Positions 49,583-59,960 are shown, counted from the first letter of the stretch. The stretch: 64,000 nt of DNA from Candidatus Latescibacterota bacterium (GCA_965198115.1 OZ240241.1:3776001-3840000), one strand, 5' to 3'. Made by a program: numbers and translations. Notes: generated from the letters alone by a model not told the origin.

Positions 49583-50728
49583 ATGAAGCCGATGAAACAC
49601 AGGGTTTTCGGGTTGGTCGTGGTTATCGCACTATTTGCCGGGCTGACCGCGTGTGGACAGGGGGAGGCAGGTGATGATGAGAAGTCGGCCTCCGCCGATT
49701 CGACCAAGTCCGATAGCCTCAAAGTCGCAGAGGGTGTACCCGTAAAAGTGTTACCCGTAGAGCTGGGTCTGATATCTGACTACGTTCAGCACCCGTCGAC
49801 GATCGAGGCAGAGGAGGTCATCGACGTCTACGCCCAGACGAGCGGACTCGTGCGCGAGGTTTTGGTCGAGGAAGGGGATGAAATCACGGCGGGGCAGCTC
49901 CTGGTTCGACTTGTGGACGACGAGTTGAGGCTCGGTGCCGACGAGGCTCGAGTCAACCATCAAAAACTGGCGAGCAAGTTCAAACGCTCCGAAGGTCTTT
50001 TCGAACGGAACCTGTTGTCGAAGGAAGACTTCGAGGAACAGTCGTTCACACTAGAGGAATCTCGAATTCGGTGGGAGCGTGCGAATGTCGCGCTCGCGCA
50101 CGCTTCGGTGCGGGCACCGGTCGATGGCGTGGTGGCCGAGCGCGCGGTCAAGCTGGGTGATCGTATCGGTCCGTCGAACAAGCTGTTCTCGCTCGTCGAT
50201 CTGAGGAAGCTGATCGCCTACGTCCACGTCCCTGGGCGTGATATGCGATACATCAACACCGGGCGGCGCGCACGTCTAACGTCCGATTTCCTGCCCGGCG
50301 AGGTCTTTCAAGGATACATCTTACGGATCAGCCCCGTGGTCGACCCTCGCAACGGGACATTCAAGGTTACCCTCGCCGTAGACGAGAGTGCCGACCGGCT
50401 TCGTCCGGGCATGTTCATTACGGTCAACATCGTCACGGCAACGCGGGGAGACGCTGTGCTCGTGCCCAAACGAGCGGTGGTCCACGACGACGGGTTCCCG
50501 CACGTGTTCGTCGTGAGTGACAGCATCGCGAAGCGAAAACGACTCGAGGTCGGGTTCGAAGATTCCGAAAATTTTGAGGTGCTGTCGGGCACGACGAAGG
50601 GCGACCGGATCGTCGTCGTCGGGCAGAACGGGTTGAAGGACGGAGCCAAGGTACGTGTGATCGAGAGCGAGGGACTCCGTGTCCCGGCCAAGCCGGATTC
50701 GACCGACGATTCCAACCAGGCTTCTTAG
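49583..50728 (+). CDS. RND efflux periplasmic adaptor (MFP) lipoprotein
   Basis: Lipobox LTAC; VEEGD, VRAPVDGVV and LRPGMF motifs. Confidence 0.95.
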   Translation: MKPMKHRVFGLVVVIALFAGLTACGQGEAGDDEKSASADSTKSDSLKVAEGVPVKVLPVELGLISDYVQHPSTIEAEEVIDVYAQTSGLVREVLVEEGDEITAGQLLVRLVDDELRLGADEARVNHQKLASKFKRSEGLFERNLLSKEDFEEQSFTLEESRIRWERANVALAHASVRAPVDGVVAERAVKLGDRIGPSNKLFSLVDLRKLIAYVHVPGRDMRYINTGRRARLTSDFLPGEVFQGYILRISPVVDPRNGTFKVTLAVDESADRLRPGMFITVNIVTATRGDAVLVPKRAVVHDDGFPHVFVVSDSIAKRKRLEVGFEDSENFEVLSGTTKGDRIVVVGQNGLKDGAKVRVIESEGLRVPAKPDSTDDSNQAS

Positions 50729-50848
50729 AGTCATTCCGATGTTGGACAAAGGCACCGTGAGACGTTGCGCGCGTGCCTGTTTTTACATCCTTCTCTGCGT
50801 GTGAGTTCCCTGTGCTTGTTTCGTGGCATTCCAATCTTTGAGCAGCGC

Positions 50849-53800
50849 TTGAGCGACGAACAGACACCCCAATCTCCTACCGCACCCGAGCGGGTTCCCA
50901 CCCGTGTGAGGCGAACGTTCGAGGTCACTACTCAGCGGCCGGTGGCCATCTCTATGGTGGTGCTGGCCGTCGCGGTGTTCGGCTACGTGTCGTATCAGCA
51001 GCTTCCGCTGAACATGATGCCGGACATCTCCTACCCGACGCTGACGATTCGGACGGACTACCCCGATACGGCCCCAGAAGAGGTCGAGAGTCTGATTTCC
51101 CGACTGATCGAACAACGTCTGGGCGTCGTCAGCAATCTCGTGGGTATCACTTCCATCTCCCGCGCAGGTATTTCCGACGTCATTCTCGAATTCGGTTGGG
51201 GCACGGATATGAACGACGCGGTTCAGACGGTCCGGGAAAACCTCGATCGTCTGCGGTTGCCTCAGGGTCTTAACCGCCCGCTCATCCTCCGATACGATCC
51301 GACCCAAGATCCGATCATGCGGCTCGGAGTTTACGGCAACGTCGATTTGTTCGCGTTGCGGCTGATCGCGGAGGAAGAGATCAAACAGGAACTCGAGGCG
51401 CTCAGGGGGGTGGCGGCCGCCCGCGTTTCGGGGGGACTGGAGGAGGAGATCCGCGTCGAGATCAGCGAGGCTCAGCTCGCGGCGTTGGGGATGGGCATCA
51501 ACGACATCAACCAACGCCTGCGGGATGAGAACGTCAACCTGGCGGGCGGGAGCCTGCTCGACGGCCAGACCCAATACCTGGTCCGAACGCTCAACGAGTT
51601 CCGGACGCTGCAGGATATTTCCGAGCTGGTCGTGGGCGAACGGAACGGCGTGGAAATCCGGGTCAAGGACGTCGGAAAAGTCAACGGGACGAACAAGGAG
51701 CGCGAGATCATCACCCGTGTGAACGGTGTTGAAAGCGTCGAGATCGAGATCTTCAAGGAAGCGGATGCGAACATCGTGGCGACGGCTCGGCGGGTACGAG
51801 ACCGACTCTTTGGTACGTCAGAGCAGCACGAATATGTCGACAAGCTCGAGCGGGGCGACCTCGAACTCAAGACCACGTCCAAACGGAAGGAGCAGGTTCG
51901 ACAGTTCGTTCAACTCAAGGAGATGACGAGTTTCATCTCCTACGGCCTTCCCGATGGTGTCGAGCTCGAGCTCCTGTCGGATCAGTCGACGTTCATTAAG
52001 AATTCTGTAGACGAGGTGAAGCAGACAGCGGTCATCGGTGGCGTGCTGGCCATCTTGATCCTCTACATCTTCCTGCGTAACCCCACACACACGGCGATTG
52101 TCGGGTTGGCGATCCCGATTTCGGTCGTCGCGACGTTCGCGCCGATGAACATTTTCGGCGTGTCCTTGAACATCATGTCGCTCGGTGGTCTGGCGCTGGG
52201 CATCGGCATGCTCGTGGACAACTCGATCGTGGTACTCGAGAGCATCTACCGCTGTCGCGAAGAGGGTGACGATCTCGTGGAGGCCACGGTTCGGGGCACG
52301 GGTGATGTCGGTGGAGCCGTGTTCGCCTCGACACTCACGACGGTTGCCGTGTTTTTTCCGATCGTCTTCGTCGAAGGCGTCGCGGGTCAGATTTTTGGCG
52401 ACATGGCGATGACCGTGGTGTTCGCCCTTCTTGCTTCGCTGGGTGTCGCGCTTTTTTTCATTCCCATGCTGGCATCCCGAAGGGTCAACCTGAGCTCGGA
52501 CGACGAGGGCACCCTGGCGGCCGCAACCCGTTCCGCCGCCCTGCGGTTGAAATCGATCGAGCGCCTCAGATCGTTGGCCGGGAGTGACGCGTCGACGGGT
52601 CAGAAGGTTCGTAGGGGTCTGATCACACTGCCTCTGCTCATGTTCGAATGGGTGTGGCGTACCGTGTGGATCGTTGGGAGCGCTGTCGTGGTGGCGATCA
52701 AGGCGGTCGTCGTGCTCGTCGGCGCCCTCGTGTTTTTTCCGGTCGCGGCCGGTGTGCAGCGGTTACGGGGGCAGCGTCCGTCTGATCTGTGGCAGACGTT
52801 CGCCAGGTTGGCAGAGGACCGTTCGCTGTTCGGTCGACCGTTCTCGAGCGCCATTTGGAATGACCTGCTTACCTATTCGACCGTTTCTGCGTTCGGCACT
52901 GACTTATCCCGCGCCTTTGTATGGGCAGTTCGATCGATTCTCAAACCTCTACGATGGATCCGGAACACGACCCGGTTCAGGCAAGTGCTACGGGTGCTTC
53001 CGGGGCTCGTCGGGTGCGTCGTCGCGATTCTGTTGATTCCGCTGGGTCCGGTCTATTTCATCGCCAGGTTTGCGATCTTCACGTCGATCGGGCTCGTCGG
53101 AAAGGTGCTGGTACACGCGATGATGCTCGTCTTTCTGGCGGCGACCGTCGAGCTTGTCTTGTTTGCGGCGCTTCTGCTCCCGATTCTTGCTCCATTGCTT
53201 TACCTGTTCGAGGGTTTCTTCGGCTACGTGCGTGGTGTGTATCCACACCTCCTCCGATCGGCGCTCCAGAATCGCGGGTCGGTTATCGGTCTGGCCGTCG
53301 TGCCTTTTGTGGCAACTTTTTTCTACCTGGTGCCCCTCCTCGGGTCCGAATTGATACCACAGGTCTACCAGGGCGAGTTCGACGTTGATCTGGCATTGCC
53401 GGTCGGCACGCCCCTGGCTGCGACTGACGAGATGATCGCACAGATCGAAGCGCGTCTGCTCGACGAACGGGAGATTGCCCAAATGGCGACTTCGGTTGGC
53501 GTCGACCGGACGGAGATTTCATCAGCGGATCGTGGTGAACACACGGCCGAATTGACGGTCGTACTTCGAGACGACTCGTCGGACTCGACGAACACGCTGG
53601 CCAGTTTTGCCGGTGACCTGGTCTCGCTACCCGCCCGAATCTGGGGTGGGATCACGGGTCAGAGCGAGCTCGCCAAGCGTGAGGAACAGCTGATGCGCCG
53701 GATTCGGGCCCGCTTGACTGATCTACCACAAGTGCGGGTGGATTTCTCGCGACCTGCGCTCTTCTCTTTCAAGACACCGATCGAGCTCGAAATACGGGGT

Positions 53801-54832
53801 TACGATTTAAGCACGCTCGGTCGACTCGGGTCGGACGTTCAAGAGCGACTTGCGGACGTACCCGGGCTGTTCGACGTGAAGTCGAGTCTCCAACGCGGCA
53901 GTCCCGAAGTTCAGATCGTCTACGATCGCGATCTGATGGCCAAGTACAACCTGAACGTCCGAGCTGTAGCCGAGCTCGTGCAGAAGAAGGTGCAGGGGAA
54001 CGTGGTCACCCGATTCAGAAAAGAGGACCGCCGCATCGACGTGCTCGTCCGTGTGGATGAAGCGGACCGGACGGGCGTGGCGGATCTGCGACGGCTGGTC
54101 GTCAACCCTGGCGGTGCGGTTCCGATTCGGCTCGAATCACTCGCAGACATTCAGGTCCACGAGGGGCCGAGCGAAATCCGTCGGATCGATCAACAGCGCG
54201 CCGTCCTGATTTCGGCGAATGTGAGCGGGCTCGACCTGGGAACGGTGACGGGTCTGATCGAGCAGGCGCTCGAGGGGCTCGACGTGCCCGCCGACGTGAC
54301 GTTCATCATCGGGGGTCAGAACAGGGAAATGCAAACGTCGCTCGACAGTCTGACGTTCGCGCTCGCCCTCGCGATCTTCCTGGTCTACATCGTGATGGCA
54401 TCGCAGTTCGAGTCGTTCCTGCATCCGTTGGTGATCATGTTCACGATTCCGCTCGCCCTCGTGGGCGTCATCCTGGTCTTGTTCGGGACGGGGGTGCCGC
54501 TGAGTGTGGTCGTGTTTCTGGGGATGATCATGCTGGCCGGAATCGTGGTGAACAATGCGATCGTTCTGGTCGATTATATCAATCAGTTGCGGAGGACGGG
54601 GCTGACCAAGGTCGATGCTATCGTCGAGGCCGGATCGGTGCGGTTGCGGCCGATTCTGATGACGACGTCGACGACCGTTCTGGGGTTGCTGCCGATGGCG
54701 ATGGGGTTGGGGGAAGGCGCGGAGATTCGAACGCCCATGGCCATCACTGTCGTGGCCGGGTTGATCAGCTCGACGCTGTTGACGCTCGTCATCATTCCCG
54801 TCGTCTACTCGGTGATCGATCGGGGTCGGTAA
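50849..54832 (+). CDS. RND efflux permease (AcrB family) with large TM6-TM7 insertion
   Basis: PDISYP, GMLVDNSIVVLE, ASTLTT, GIVVNNAIVLVD and RLRPILMT motifs. Confidence 0.95.
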   Translation: MSDEQTPQSPTAPERVPTRVRRTFEVTTQRPVAISMVVLAVAVFGYVSYQQLPLNMMPDISYPTLTIRTDYPDTAPEEVESLISRLIEQRLGVVSNLVGITSISRAGISDVILEFGWGTDMNDAVQTVRENLDRLRLPQGLNRPLILRYDPTQDPIMRLGVYGNVDLFALRLIAEEEIKQELEALRGVAAARVSGGLEEEIRVEISEAQLAALGMGINDINQRLRDENVNLAGGSLLDGQTQYLVRTLNEFRTLQDISELVVGERNGVEIRVKDVGKVNGTNKEREIITRVNGVESVEIEIFKEADANIVATARRVRDRLFGTSEQHEYVDKLERGDLELKTTSKRKEQVRQFVQLKEMTSFISYGLPDGVELELLSDQSTFIKNSVDEVKQTAVIGGVLAILILYIFLRNPTHTAIVGLAIPISVVATFAPMNIFGVSLNIMSLGGLALGIGMLVDNSIVVLESIYRCREEGDDLVEATVRGTGDVGGAVFASTLTTVAVFFPIVFVEGVAGQIFGDMAMTVVFALLASLGVALFFIPMLASRRVNLSSDDEGTLAAATRSAALRLKSIERLRSLAGSDASTGQKVRRGLITLPLLMFEWVWRTVWIVGSAVVVAIKAVVVLVGALVFFPVAAGVQRLRGQRPSDLWQTFARLAEDRSLFGRPFSSAIWNDLLTYSTVSAFGTDLSRAFVWAVRSILKPLRWIRNTTRFRQVLRVLPGLVGCVVAILLIPLGPVYFIARFAIFTSIGLVGKVLVHAMMLVFLAATVELVLFAALLLPILAPLLYLFEGFFGYVRGVYPHLLRSALQNRGSVIGLAVVPFVATFFYLVPLLGSELIPQVYQGEFDVDLALPVGTPLAATDEMIAQIEARLLDEREIAQMATSVGVDRTEISSADRGEHTAELTVVLRDDSSDSTNTLASFAGDLVSLPARIWGGITGQSELAKREEQLMRRIRARLTDLPQVRVDFSRPALFSFKTPIELEIRGYDLSTLGRLGSDVQERLADVPGLFDVKSSLQRGSPEVQIVYDRDLMAKYNLNVRAVAELVQKKVQGNVVTRFRKEDRRIDVLVRVDEADRTGVADLRRLVVNPGGAVPIRLESLADIQVHEGPSEIRRIDQQRAVLISANVSGLDLGTVTGLIEQALEGLDVPADVTFIIGGQNREMQTSLDSLTFALALAIFLVYIVMASQFESFLHPLVIMFTIPLALVGVILVLFGTGVPLSVVVFLGMIMLAGIVVNNAIVLVDYINQLRRTGLTKVDAIVEAGSVRLRPILMTTSTTVLGLLPMAMGLGEGAEIRTPMAITVVAGLISSTLLTLVIIPVVYSVIDRGR

Positions 54833-54936
54833 CGCCAAAACGCGCTGTGTGTGCTAACTTTTGTCGCATTCTGACGTCTAATTTAGTGTAGATTTTAGAA
54901 AGTTAGTCCTTACAAACCTTCTGGAGAGCCTTAAGC

Positions 54937-56340
54937 ATGACGATTCGTCTCGCCCTGTTCGTTGGATCTCTCGCAGTGGTGTTGTCCCTTGCGTCTCCGG
55001 TGGAGAGCCAGCAGGAAGTGACAGTCGGGAAAGTCAAGGAGGTGAGGGTCACGCTGGAGGATTGTGTGCGGCTCGCGCTCAGCCGCAATTCGTCGATCGT
55101 CCAGGGCAAACTCACCCGTGATTTCGAGGATTCGGGCGTCGATGTGGCGCGAAACGCGTTTTTGCCCCGCCTCTCCACGAACTGGGGAATATCACGCGCC
55201 ATCAACGGCCCCCGAGAGGGCCAATTCATCGACGAATCGACGGGTCTGCTGACGACGACCGTGGGGGAAAGTCAGACGAGCGGAAGTCAGAGCATTGGGG
55301 GCTCGCTGAACATGACGGTGTTCGACGCGTCCGACTTCGCCGCCCTTTCGGCGAGCAAGAATGGGCTTCGAGCATCTGAGATGGATCTGGAGAACAGTCA
55401 GCAGAATGTTGTTTTTCAGGCCAAACAGAGCTACTTCGAGTTGCTCAAGTCGATCAGCCTACTCGAAGTTCAGCAAGAGCAGCTGCGGGTTTCGGAGGAA
55501 AGCCTGAGGCGTGCCGAAACACTGAACGAGATCGGGTCTTCGCCGATCTCCGAGGTTTTCGGGGCACGGGCAGCGCTCGAACGCGATCGAGTGACGTTGA
55601 TCACGCGCGAAAACGATGTGGAGATCGACCGGTTGAACCTGGGTTTCACGCTCGGTCTTGAAACGAACGCGAGGATCGTGCCGGTGGAGGGCGATTTTGC
55701 GCCAGATTCACTCTACGTCGTGCCGGATGACGGCGAGTCCCGTGCCACACAGCACCCGAGCTTGCTATCCGATCGCTACTTAATGCTGGAGGCCAAGGAC
55801 AATCTTAGGGCGACTCAGCTGGGGGTCAGGATGCCCACGCTGAGTATGTCGGCCAGATACAGTTGGGACTTGGGGAGGGACGAGGATTTCCGCGGGGTCG
55901 AGGATCTGTTTCTCAAAAACTACCGGTATGTGGTCAGTGTCAACGTCAACCTGCCGGTCTTCAACGGTCTGAGCACGGCGACCAGCGTGAGGCGCCAGAA
56001 AATCCTCTACCTCAGGAGCCTCGAGCAATACAAGCAGTCGAGACGGCAACGCTCCCTCGACATTCAACGATCTGTCCTCAACATCGAGCGTCTGCGACGG
56101 AACATCAAAGCGAGCGAGGCAGCCGTCAAGGCCGCGGAGCAGGAGTTTCGACTCCAAGATGAAGCCTACAACTTCGGGGCCGGCACCTTCCTGCAGCGGC
56201 AGACCGCCCAGGTCAACCTGTTTAATCAGAGATCCACGCTCGTCCGGGCGACCTACGATCTACAAATCGAAAAGGCGAACCACGAACGCCTGATTGGAAC
56301 GGGCGTCGATCCCAACACTTTGATAGACTCGGTCGAATAG
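54937..56340 (+). CDS. TolC-family outer membrane efflux protein
   Basis: Signal peptide; VTLEDCVRLAL, FLPRLS and LPVFNG motifs; follows MFP-RND. Confidence 0.92.
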   Translation: MTIRLALFVGSLAVVLSLASPVESQQEVTVGKVKEVRVTLEDCVRLALSRNSSIVQGKLTRDFEDSGVDVARNAFLPRLSTNWGISRAINGPREGQFIDESTGLLTTTVGESQTSGSQSIGGSLNMTVFDASDFAALSASKNGLRASEMDLENSQQNVVFQAKQSYFELLKSISLLEVQQEQLRVSEESLRRAETLNEIGSSPISEVFGARAALERDRVTLITRENDVEIDRLNLGFTLGLETNARIVPVEGDFAPDSLYVVPDDGESRATQHPSLLSDRYLMLEAKDNLRATQLGVRMPTLSMSARYSWDLGRDEDFRGVEDLFLKNYRYVVSVNVNLPVFNGLSTATSVRRQKILYLRSLEQYKQSRRQRSLDIQRSVLNIERLRRNIKASEAAVKAAEQEFRLQDEAYNFGAGTFLQRQTAQVNLFNQRSTLVRATYDLQIEKANHERLIGTGVDPNTLIDSVE

Positions 56341-56356
56341 CACGGGAGATTCAGCG

Positions 56357-56797
56357 ATGAGAAAAGCGGTCCCCTTTCTGCTCGTCGTCGCGCTTCTGAT
56401 CGGTACCCCCGTTCAGGTGTTTGCCATAGATGGGCTCTTTTCACGAAAACTCTACGGAGCCGCGGCAGCCGGGTTCGGCACATTTCTTCTGGTCGAGGCG
56501 AACAAGGCCCGATCTGACGCGGATGACGTCTACACGCTCTACGAACTCTCGGGTAATCCGTCCCTGGCACGTGACTTCTATAACACGAGCCGTGAAGATG
56601 ATACGAAGGCGGCGATCCTACTCGCCCTCGGAGCCGGGTCCATCGTCTACGGTATTCATCTGTTCTTCAAGGGTGACACGAAGCTGCCGGACCCGGAGAT
56701 GGGTCGGGGACTGGCCAAGGTGAAGGGCGTGCAGGTGGATGTGGGGGGCGACCCCGTTTCGGGGCGTGTCGGCCTGGCTTTGACGCGTGGTTTTTGA
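56357..56797 (+). CDS. Hypothetical exported/membrane protein
   Basis: GGGAG RBS, signal peptide, hydrophobic segments, C-terminal Phe. Confidence 0.75.
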   Translation: MRKAVPFLLVVALLIGTPVQVFAIDGLFSRKLYGAAAAGFGTFLLVEANKARSDADDVYTLYELSGNPSLARDFYNTSREDDTKAAILLALGAGSIVYGIHLFFKGDTKLPDPEMGRGLAKVKGVQVDVGGDPVSGRVGLALTRGF

Positions 56798-56817
56798 GGC
56801 GAACCGTCCTTCTCTGA

Positions 56818-56861
56818 ATAGATCGGGCCGGTCTCTCGTTGAGAGACCGGCCCGATCTATT
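56818..56861. terminator. Bidirectional terminator
   Basis: ATAGATCGGGCCGGTCTCTC / GAGAGACCGGCCCGATCTAT perfect 20-bp stem. Confidence 0.88.
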
Positions 56862-56875
56862 TCTGGTGGACGAGC

Positions 56876-57175
56876 TCAGATGCCGAACTGATCGAGAAGG
56901 CGGTCCGCGATGACGCCACGAACCTCTTCGCTGTCCAATTCTCCCGATTCAATCTTCGCGCGCACTTCCTCGATCCGGTCCTCGCGGACGTCTGGTGCCT
57001 TTCGCGCCTCGTCTGCCATTCGTGTGGTAAGACGTGCGTCGGTGGACAGATCGACGCGATCCGACGAGGATGTGTCGTCTGATTGGTCGGTGCCCCGCGT
57101 CGGCTCTTCCCGACGTCGTGTCTGCTCGGTACGACGCGGTCCTTCCGACTGTGGTAGATCGCCGATACGTGCCAC
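56876..57175 (-). CDS. flgM: Anti-sigma-28 factor FlgM
   Basis: DRVDLSTDAR and PDVREDRIEEVRAKIESG...IADRLL motifs; GGAGGAG RBS, GTG start. Confidence 0.85.
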   Translation of the reverse strand: MARIGDLPQSEGPRRTEQTRRREEPTRGTDQSDDTSSSDRVDLSTDARLTTRMADEARKAPDVREDRIEEVRAKIESGELDSEEVRGVIADRLLDQFGI

Positions 57176-57218
57176 GTTGGGCTCCTCCGAAAATGGACGT
57201 AAGCTCGTAGACCTACTG

Positions 57219-57247
57219 AAGATACGGTGGTGGGCGACCCGGGTCAA
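57219..57247 (-). promoter_or_regulatory. sigma70-type promoter of flgM
   Basis: TTGACC-N17-TATCTT on the minus strand. Confidence 0.5.
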
Positions 57248-57384
57248 GCCGCGCTGAGCACCAGTTGACCGTTTTGGGAGACGGGCGTATGATTCATCTG
57301 TCCCCACAGATCATCCCTCCAGCACGACCTCGGCGGGTCAGGATGGCCACGCTCCGGTGGTCGTGTGCCCACCCCGGTTGAACC

Positions 57385-57555
57385 ATGCGCTTTCTTGCTC
57401 GGGTTCTGCAGCTTCTGGGCCTCGTTGAAGCCGGATATGGCCTTTTCATCGGACTCTACGAGCAGGATATCGCGCGAGAACTCCAGTTTGCAGCTTTAGG
57501 CGCGATCCTCTTTCTCGCAGGATGGCTGATTCAGCGCACCCAAGGCGATTCGTGA
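57385..57555 (+). CDS. Small 56-aa two-helix membrane protein (not in ORF track)
   Basis: MRFLARVLQLLGLVEAGYGLFIGLYEQDIARELQFAALGAILFLAGWLIQRTQGDS; stop overlaps next GTG (GTGA). Confidence 0.65.
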   Translation: MRFLARVLQLLGLVEAGYGLFIGLYEQDIARELQFAALGAILFLAGWLIQRTQGDS

Positions 57556-58340
57556 GTGGCCGCGGTCCCTGGATGGTGTTGTGTCTTGCGCTGATCGGAT
57601 GCGCCGAGCCTGAGACGTCCTCTTCACGCCAGGCGTCGGCGACACCTGGCCCGGTTGCGAGGCTCGACTCATCCACAGCGCGTGGCGTCGTCGCATCCGG
57701 AGGTCTCGATTCGGTCGCAGCCCGTCTGGGGACCCGGAGAACCTGGGTCCTCGAGGTCCTCGAGGCGTCGAGCCCTCCGCACGATGTCGCGCTGGCGGCC
57801 AGGCTGCTCTCTGTCGCGCGTGGCGAGGACAAACTGACGTTTGCGTCCTGGTTGGTGGATCGCGGTGCACGGAGCGCGCCTCCGCTGATCGACCTTCTCG
57901 CGACACCCATCGATCTGCAGACGACGATTCAAGCCGTGCAGACGCTCGGAAAACTCGGAGAACGGAAGGCCATACCGGTGATCAAGACGCGGCTGGGACA
58001 CCGTGACGCGTGGGTGCGAATGGCGTCCGCCCACGCGCTCGGCGAAATCGGGGGGGAGGGGGTCGTCGACGCGCTGGGCGAGTTGATGACCGACAGCGAG
58101 GCACCTGTCGTGGCCGCCGCCGTGATCGCCCTTGGAAAGTCGGGCGATTCCGGAGGTCTACCACGGGTTCTGGATGCGCTCAGCCACGCGAATCCCCGTG
58201 TCCGGGGAGCGGCCGCGTCGGCAGTCGGCCGGCTTGGGTCGGGTTCGCACGCCGATCGCCTCCGAGATCTCCTGATGGACCCGGACGAGGGTGTGCGCTA
58301 TAAAGCTTCGCAGGCACTCGATCGGCTCGCGATCGAGTGA
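57552..58340 (+). CDS. HEAT-repeat lipoprotein
   Basis: Lipobox LIGC; repeats such as VRMASAHALGEIG and VRGAAASAVGRLG. Confidence 0.85.
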   Translation: MSGRGPWMVLCLALIGCAEPETSSSRQASATPGPVARLDSSTARGVVASGGLDSVAARLGTRRTWVLEVLEASSPPHDVALAARLLSVARGEDKLTFASWLVDRGARSAPPLIDLLATPIDLQTTIQAVQTLGKLGERKAIPVIKTRLGHRDAWVRMASAHALGEIGGEGVVDALGELMTDSEAPVVAAAVIALGKSGDSGGLPRVLDALSHANPRVRGAAASAVGRLGSGSHADRLRDLLMDPDEGVRYKASQALDRLAIE

Positions 58341-58344
58341 ACCC

Positions 58345-59034
58345 ATGGGGCTGCGTGGATCCTTTGCCCTTTTCCTCCTGCTGATGACGATCCTGGCCTG
58401 TGGGAGGTCCACACCTGTAAATGTCGATGTCTTCTTTGGCGACCCGGACTCCCCCGGTCCCGCCGATCCGCCCTACCTCGAGACGATCATCTTCGCGAAT
58501 GGTCTACGACTCCAGCTGGTTGAATCACCGGGGCTGACGCGAAGCTATCCCGGTGCCTCGGGGAATCTCTTCGGATCGTCGCGCGAACGCCACTTTCAGC
58601 CCGTCAGCTTTTTTATTCCCCTCGAGCGTATCGCGCTCTCACATCCCCTCTCACAGAATTTCGTCCTTTCCGAGTTCGTCGGCCCCACGGTCGAGCGTGG
58701 CGGCCAATGGGCCTACGTAGATGCCCAGGTCGCGGACCACGTTCAGAGAATTCGCTCAGGCCTCGGACGTCCGGTGATTTTGTCGAGCGCCTTCCGGTCG
58801 CCCGAACACAACGCCGCTGTAGGGGGTGCCTCCTACAGTCGTCACCTCTACGGCGATGCGGTGGATATCGATGTCGACCAGTTTCAGGGTGATGCGAACA
58901 CCGTCGGACAGGAAGTGTTCAACGAAGCTCTGGACGTCGGTCTGGACTTCGTGCTTCCTCTGATCGAAACGTCGGTGAACGTGTCCGGGCAGACCCGGGT
59001 CTCGTGGGTCCACATCGACGACCGGGGTTTTTGA
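58345..59034 (+). CDS. Peptidase M15A (D-Ala-D-Ala carboxypeptidase-like) lipoprotein
   Basis: Lipobox ILAC; SAFRSPEHNAAVGGASYSRHLYGDAVD...VHID. Confidence 0.88.
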   Translation: MGLRGSFALFLLLMTILACGRSTPVNVDVFFGDPDSPGPADPPYLETIIFANGLRLQLVESPGLTRSYPGASGNLFGSSRERHFQPVSFFIPLERIALSHPLSQNFVLSEFVGPTVERGGQWAYVDAQVADHVQRIRSGLGRPVILSSAFRSPEHNAAVGGASYSRHLYGDAVDIDVDQFQGDANTVGQEVFNEALDVGLDFVLPLIETSVNVSGQTRVSWVHIDDRGF

Positions 59035-59960
59035 TGAGTCTGTTTCGGATTACCCTCAGCGTGGCAGCGCTTACTTCGTCTTTGTTTGCGCAGCGGATCG
59101 AGCAGGTGCGCCTCGCTCGCGCGGACTTCGATGGCAACGGCGTGGCCGAGGTCGTGGCGGGCGGTCGAGTCGGACCCTACGTTCCCTCTGATACGCCGCT
59201 TTCCGTTCGTCGCGCTCGCGTCGAGGTTCTGAAAGACGAGGCGGGCGTCAGTGAGCCGTTGGCGTGGACGGCGGACCTCCAGGTTTTGTCGGATCTCGCA
59301 GCGGGAGACTTCGATGGGGACGGGCGACCCGAAATCGTGACGGTCGGTGGTGGGCGGCTGACTGTTTTGGGCAAGCGCGGCCGAGCGCTCGTGCCCCTGG
59401 CCAGGATAGATCTGGACGGGACCACGTCTCGAGTGGCCGTTGCGACGGAGGGCGACGGTCTGATTGCGGCGACGGTCTATTCGATCGACGGCGACGGGGA
59501 TACGGGTGACACGACGATCGAGCTCTACGGTTGGGAGATGGACCAGTTGGAGCACCGTGGCCGAATCGCGCTCCGAGGGCACGTGGGCGACGTGGGTTTC
59601 TTGCACATACACAACTTACGCGGTCTCGTCGCCGAAACAGGCGGAGGTGAAGAGGGAGGAGATGCCGTCGTTTGGGATGTGTCCCACCCTCGTTCGCCAC
59701 GCGTAATCTGGGAAGGACGGGTGAACGCGGGCAGGAGGGCGCTGGTCGTCGCGACGGCGGGGCCCGGCTCCGATGTGGTTGCCTTTGGAGCAGTTGATGG
59801 CACGGTCTCGATGTGTGAGTGGACCGGGGGTGCTTTGCGTGTGCGCAACACGGTTCCCGTTGGGCCGATCGGTGACCTGGTCGCTCTGTCACCGACCGAG
59901 TGGTTGCTGGCGACGCCCTCGGGTGGGCATCGACTTCACCGTATCATCTTGCCTCACTGA
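59034..59960 (+). CDS. Exported FG-GAP/VCBS-repeat protein
   Basis: ADFDGNGVAEVV and GDFDGDGRPEIV motifs; signal peptide; TGATG coupling. Confidence 0.8.
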   Translation: MSLFRITLSVAALTSSLFAQRIEQVRLARADFDGNGVAEVVAGGRVGPYVPSDTPLSVRRARVEVLKDEAGVSEPLAWTADLQVLSDLAAGDFDGDGRPEIVTVGGGRLTVLGKRGRALVPLARIDLDGTTSRVAVATEGDGLIAATVYSIDGDGDTGDTTIELYGWEMDQLEHRGRIALRGHVGDVGFLHIHNLRGLVAETGGGEEGGDAVVWDVSHPRSPRVIWEGRVNAGRRALVVATAGPGSDVVAFGAVDGTVSMCEWTGGALRVRNTVPVGPIGDLVALSPTEWLLATPSGGHRLHRIILPH

